Source: Candidatus Bathyarchaeia archaeon
GTDB taxonomy: Archaea > Thermoproteota > Bathyarchaeia > Bathyarchaeales > Bathycorpusculaceae
Direction: 5' to 3'
DNA length: 64,000 bases
Assembly: GCA_038882535.1 (NCBI GenBank)
Contig: JAVZOA010000001.1
Span: 731 to 64,730 of the forward strand
Positions within the stretch are counted from its first letter, which is position 1; every line of letters begins with the position of its first letter. The notes beneath the pieces were generated by a model. It did no database searches, was not told the DNA's origin, and saw nothing but the letters and a program-made list of their open reading frames with translations. Made by a program: the position numbers and the translations under genes. Below, piece after piece: positions 63,486-64,000 of this stretch.

Positions 63486-63704
63486 ATGCGAAAGAAAGGG
63501 TGGAAAAGAAGAATGCCTAAACCCGGAATGACTGGAATAAGTCTCAAAAAAGAAGTCGCCGATTTACTAAGAGCCAAAGCAAAAGCCTCCAAAATGGGAA
63601 TAAACGATTTTCTAAGGTTAATTTTAGAAAAGGAGCCTTTAAATCAAGCCTGCCACGCTGACGACCCGGGTTCAAATCCCGGCGGCCGCACCACAGACTT
63701 TTAA
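63486..63704 (+). CDS. SSV-type integrase N-terminal fragment Int(N), RHH-like
   Basis: [33 protein letters not shown] (strand-helix-helix), then reads into attR as [16 protein letters not shown], the same frame and peptide as Int(C). It terminates 9 nt after the repeat. Confidence 0.75.
   Translation: MRKKGWKRRMPKPGMTGISLKKEVADLLRAKAKASKMGINDFLRLILEKEPLNQACHADDPGSNPGGRTTDF
63647..63695 (+). repeat. attR core (49-bp perfect direct repeat)
   Basis: Identical to 27863..27911. It is a tRNA 3' half without a 5' half. Confidence 0.9.
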
Positions 63705-63746
63705 CTTGAAACGGTTACAATTATCAACCGTAAGGAGTTGGCGGGT

Positions 63747-63944
63747 ATGCCTATAGTTCATGTGTATGTTTGGGAAGGGTTTGGGAAAGACCGAGTTAAA
63801 ACATTGATTAGGGAGATAACTAGAGTGTTTGGAGGTTTGGGTGTTCCTGAAAGTGCTGTTGAAGTGGTTGTGCATGAAGTTCCGAAGACGCATTGGGGTA
63901 TCGGTGGGGAACCAGCCTCTGAAAAGTTTAAGGATAAGCCTTAG
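63747..63944 (+). CDS. 4-oxalocrotonate tautomerase family protein
   Basis: MPIVHVYVWEG... with Pro directly after the initiator Met. About 65 aa. AAGGAG lies upstream. Confidence 0.75.
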   Translation: MPIVHVYVWEGFGKDRVKTLIREITRVFGGLGVPESAVEVVVHEVPKTHWGIGGEPASEKFKDKP

Positions 63945-64000
63945 TGGGCTATGGCTGCCATGGCGGTTATGGTGAAGGGCGCAGCCATTGTTAGGATGAA

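Larger units (their letters stand above)
27863..63695. mobile_element. integrated HK97-type tailed-virus provirus (about 35.8 kb) in tRNA-Gly(GCC)
   Basis: Bounded by the 49-bp att repeats. Carries split integrase halves at both ends, and TerL, portal, protease-scaffold, MCP, tail tube, chaperone frameshift, tape measure and hub genes inside. Host housekeeping genes lie outside. Confidence 0.85.

Noticed and set aside
1-64000. CRISPR arrays, rRNA genes and additional tRNAs.
   Set aside because: I saw no regularly spaced 25-40-bp repeats. The only repeat families are the att cores, the integrase-linker motifs, the beta-helix duplication and the Py-Pu tracts. No rRNA-like segment or second cloverleaf was noticed, but this was a by-eye scan and is not exhaustive.
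63951-64000. ATG-initiated frame (MAAMAVMVKGAAIVRM...) at the window end.
   Set aside because: Only 16 codons are visible, which is too short to call.

Overview
The window is an archaeal chromosome segment. Archaeal markers include glycerol-1-phosphate dehydrogenase, the KH/beta-CASP ribonuclease aCPSF1, an LSm-L37e pair, uS10, proteasome beta, EndA, SepF and Mre11-Rad50. I cannot fix the lineage from sequence alone. An eL22-like gene and SepF fit a non-crenarchaeal TACK or Asgard-type organism.

Nt 1-27,830 is ordinary housekeeping DNA. It carries an ABC transporter, DNA repair, translation and RNA-processing genes, HisS, and a Nip7/NOP2 pair.

Nt 27,863-63,695 (about 35.8 kb) is an integrated tailed-virus (HK97-type) provirus in tRNA-Gly(GCC), bounded by a perfect 49-bp direct repeat. 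Its integrase is split by the integration in the SSV manner. Int(C) lies at the left end and an RHH-like Int(N) at the right end, and both read through the att core in the same frame.

The provirus has a tightly coupled minus-strand morphogenesis operon:
- Head genes: TerL, portal, MuF-like protein, protease/scaffold, decoration protein, major capsid protein, connectors.
- Tail genes: tail tube, tail chaperone with a canonical U UUU UUA -1 frameshift, gp10-like protein, short tape measure, hub, fibre.

Several features of the provirus are unusual:
- An ABC-ATPase-GNAT fusion sits in moron position.
- A Hint-like autoprocessing module lies in the fibre-like protein.
- An alpha/alpha-toroid domain is fused to the head-tail adaptor.
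- There are two retropepsin-like genes.
- A 1,510-aa secreted beta-helix/phosphoesterase/PKD protein is present.
- A divergent RHH switch region separates the early and cargo sides.
- A roughly 7.3-kb low-G+C island carries a presenilin-like protease, an amino-methyltransferase with two nuclease-like genes, small zinc-ribbon ORFs, and RAM, GYD and Hsp20-like genes.

I found no CRISPR array, no rRNA, and no recognisable viral replication or lysis gene. Host DNA resumes at about 63.7 kb with a 4-oxalocrotonate tautomerase-like gene. All functional calls come from motifs read by eye; no database search was possible.
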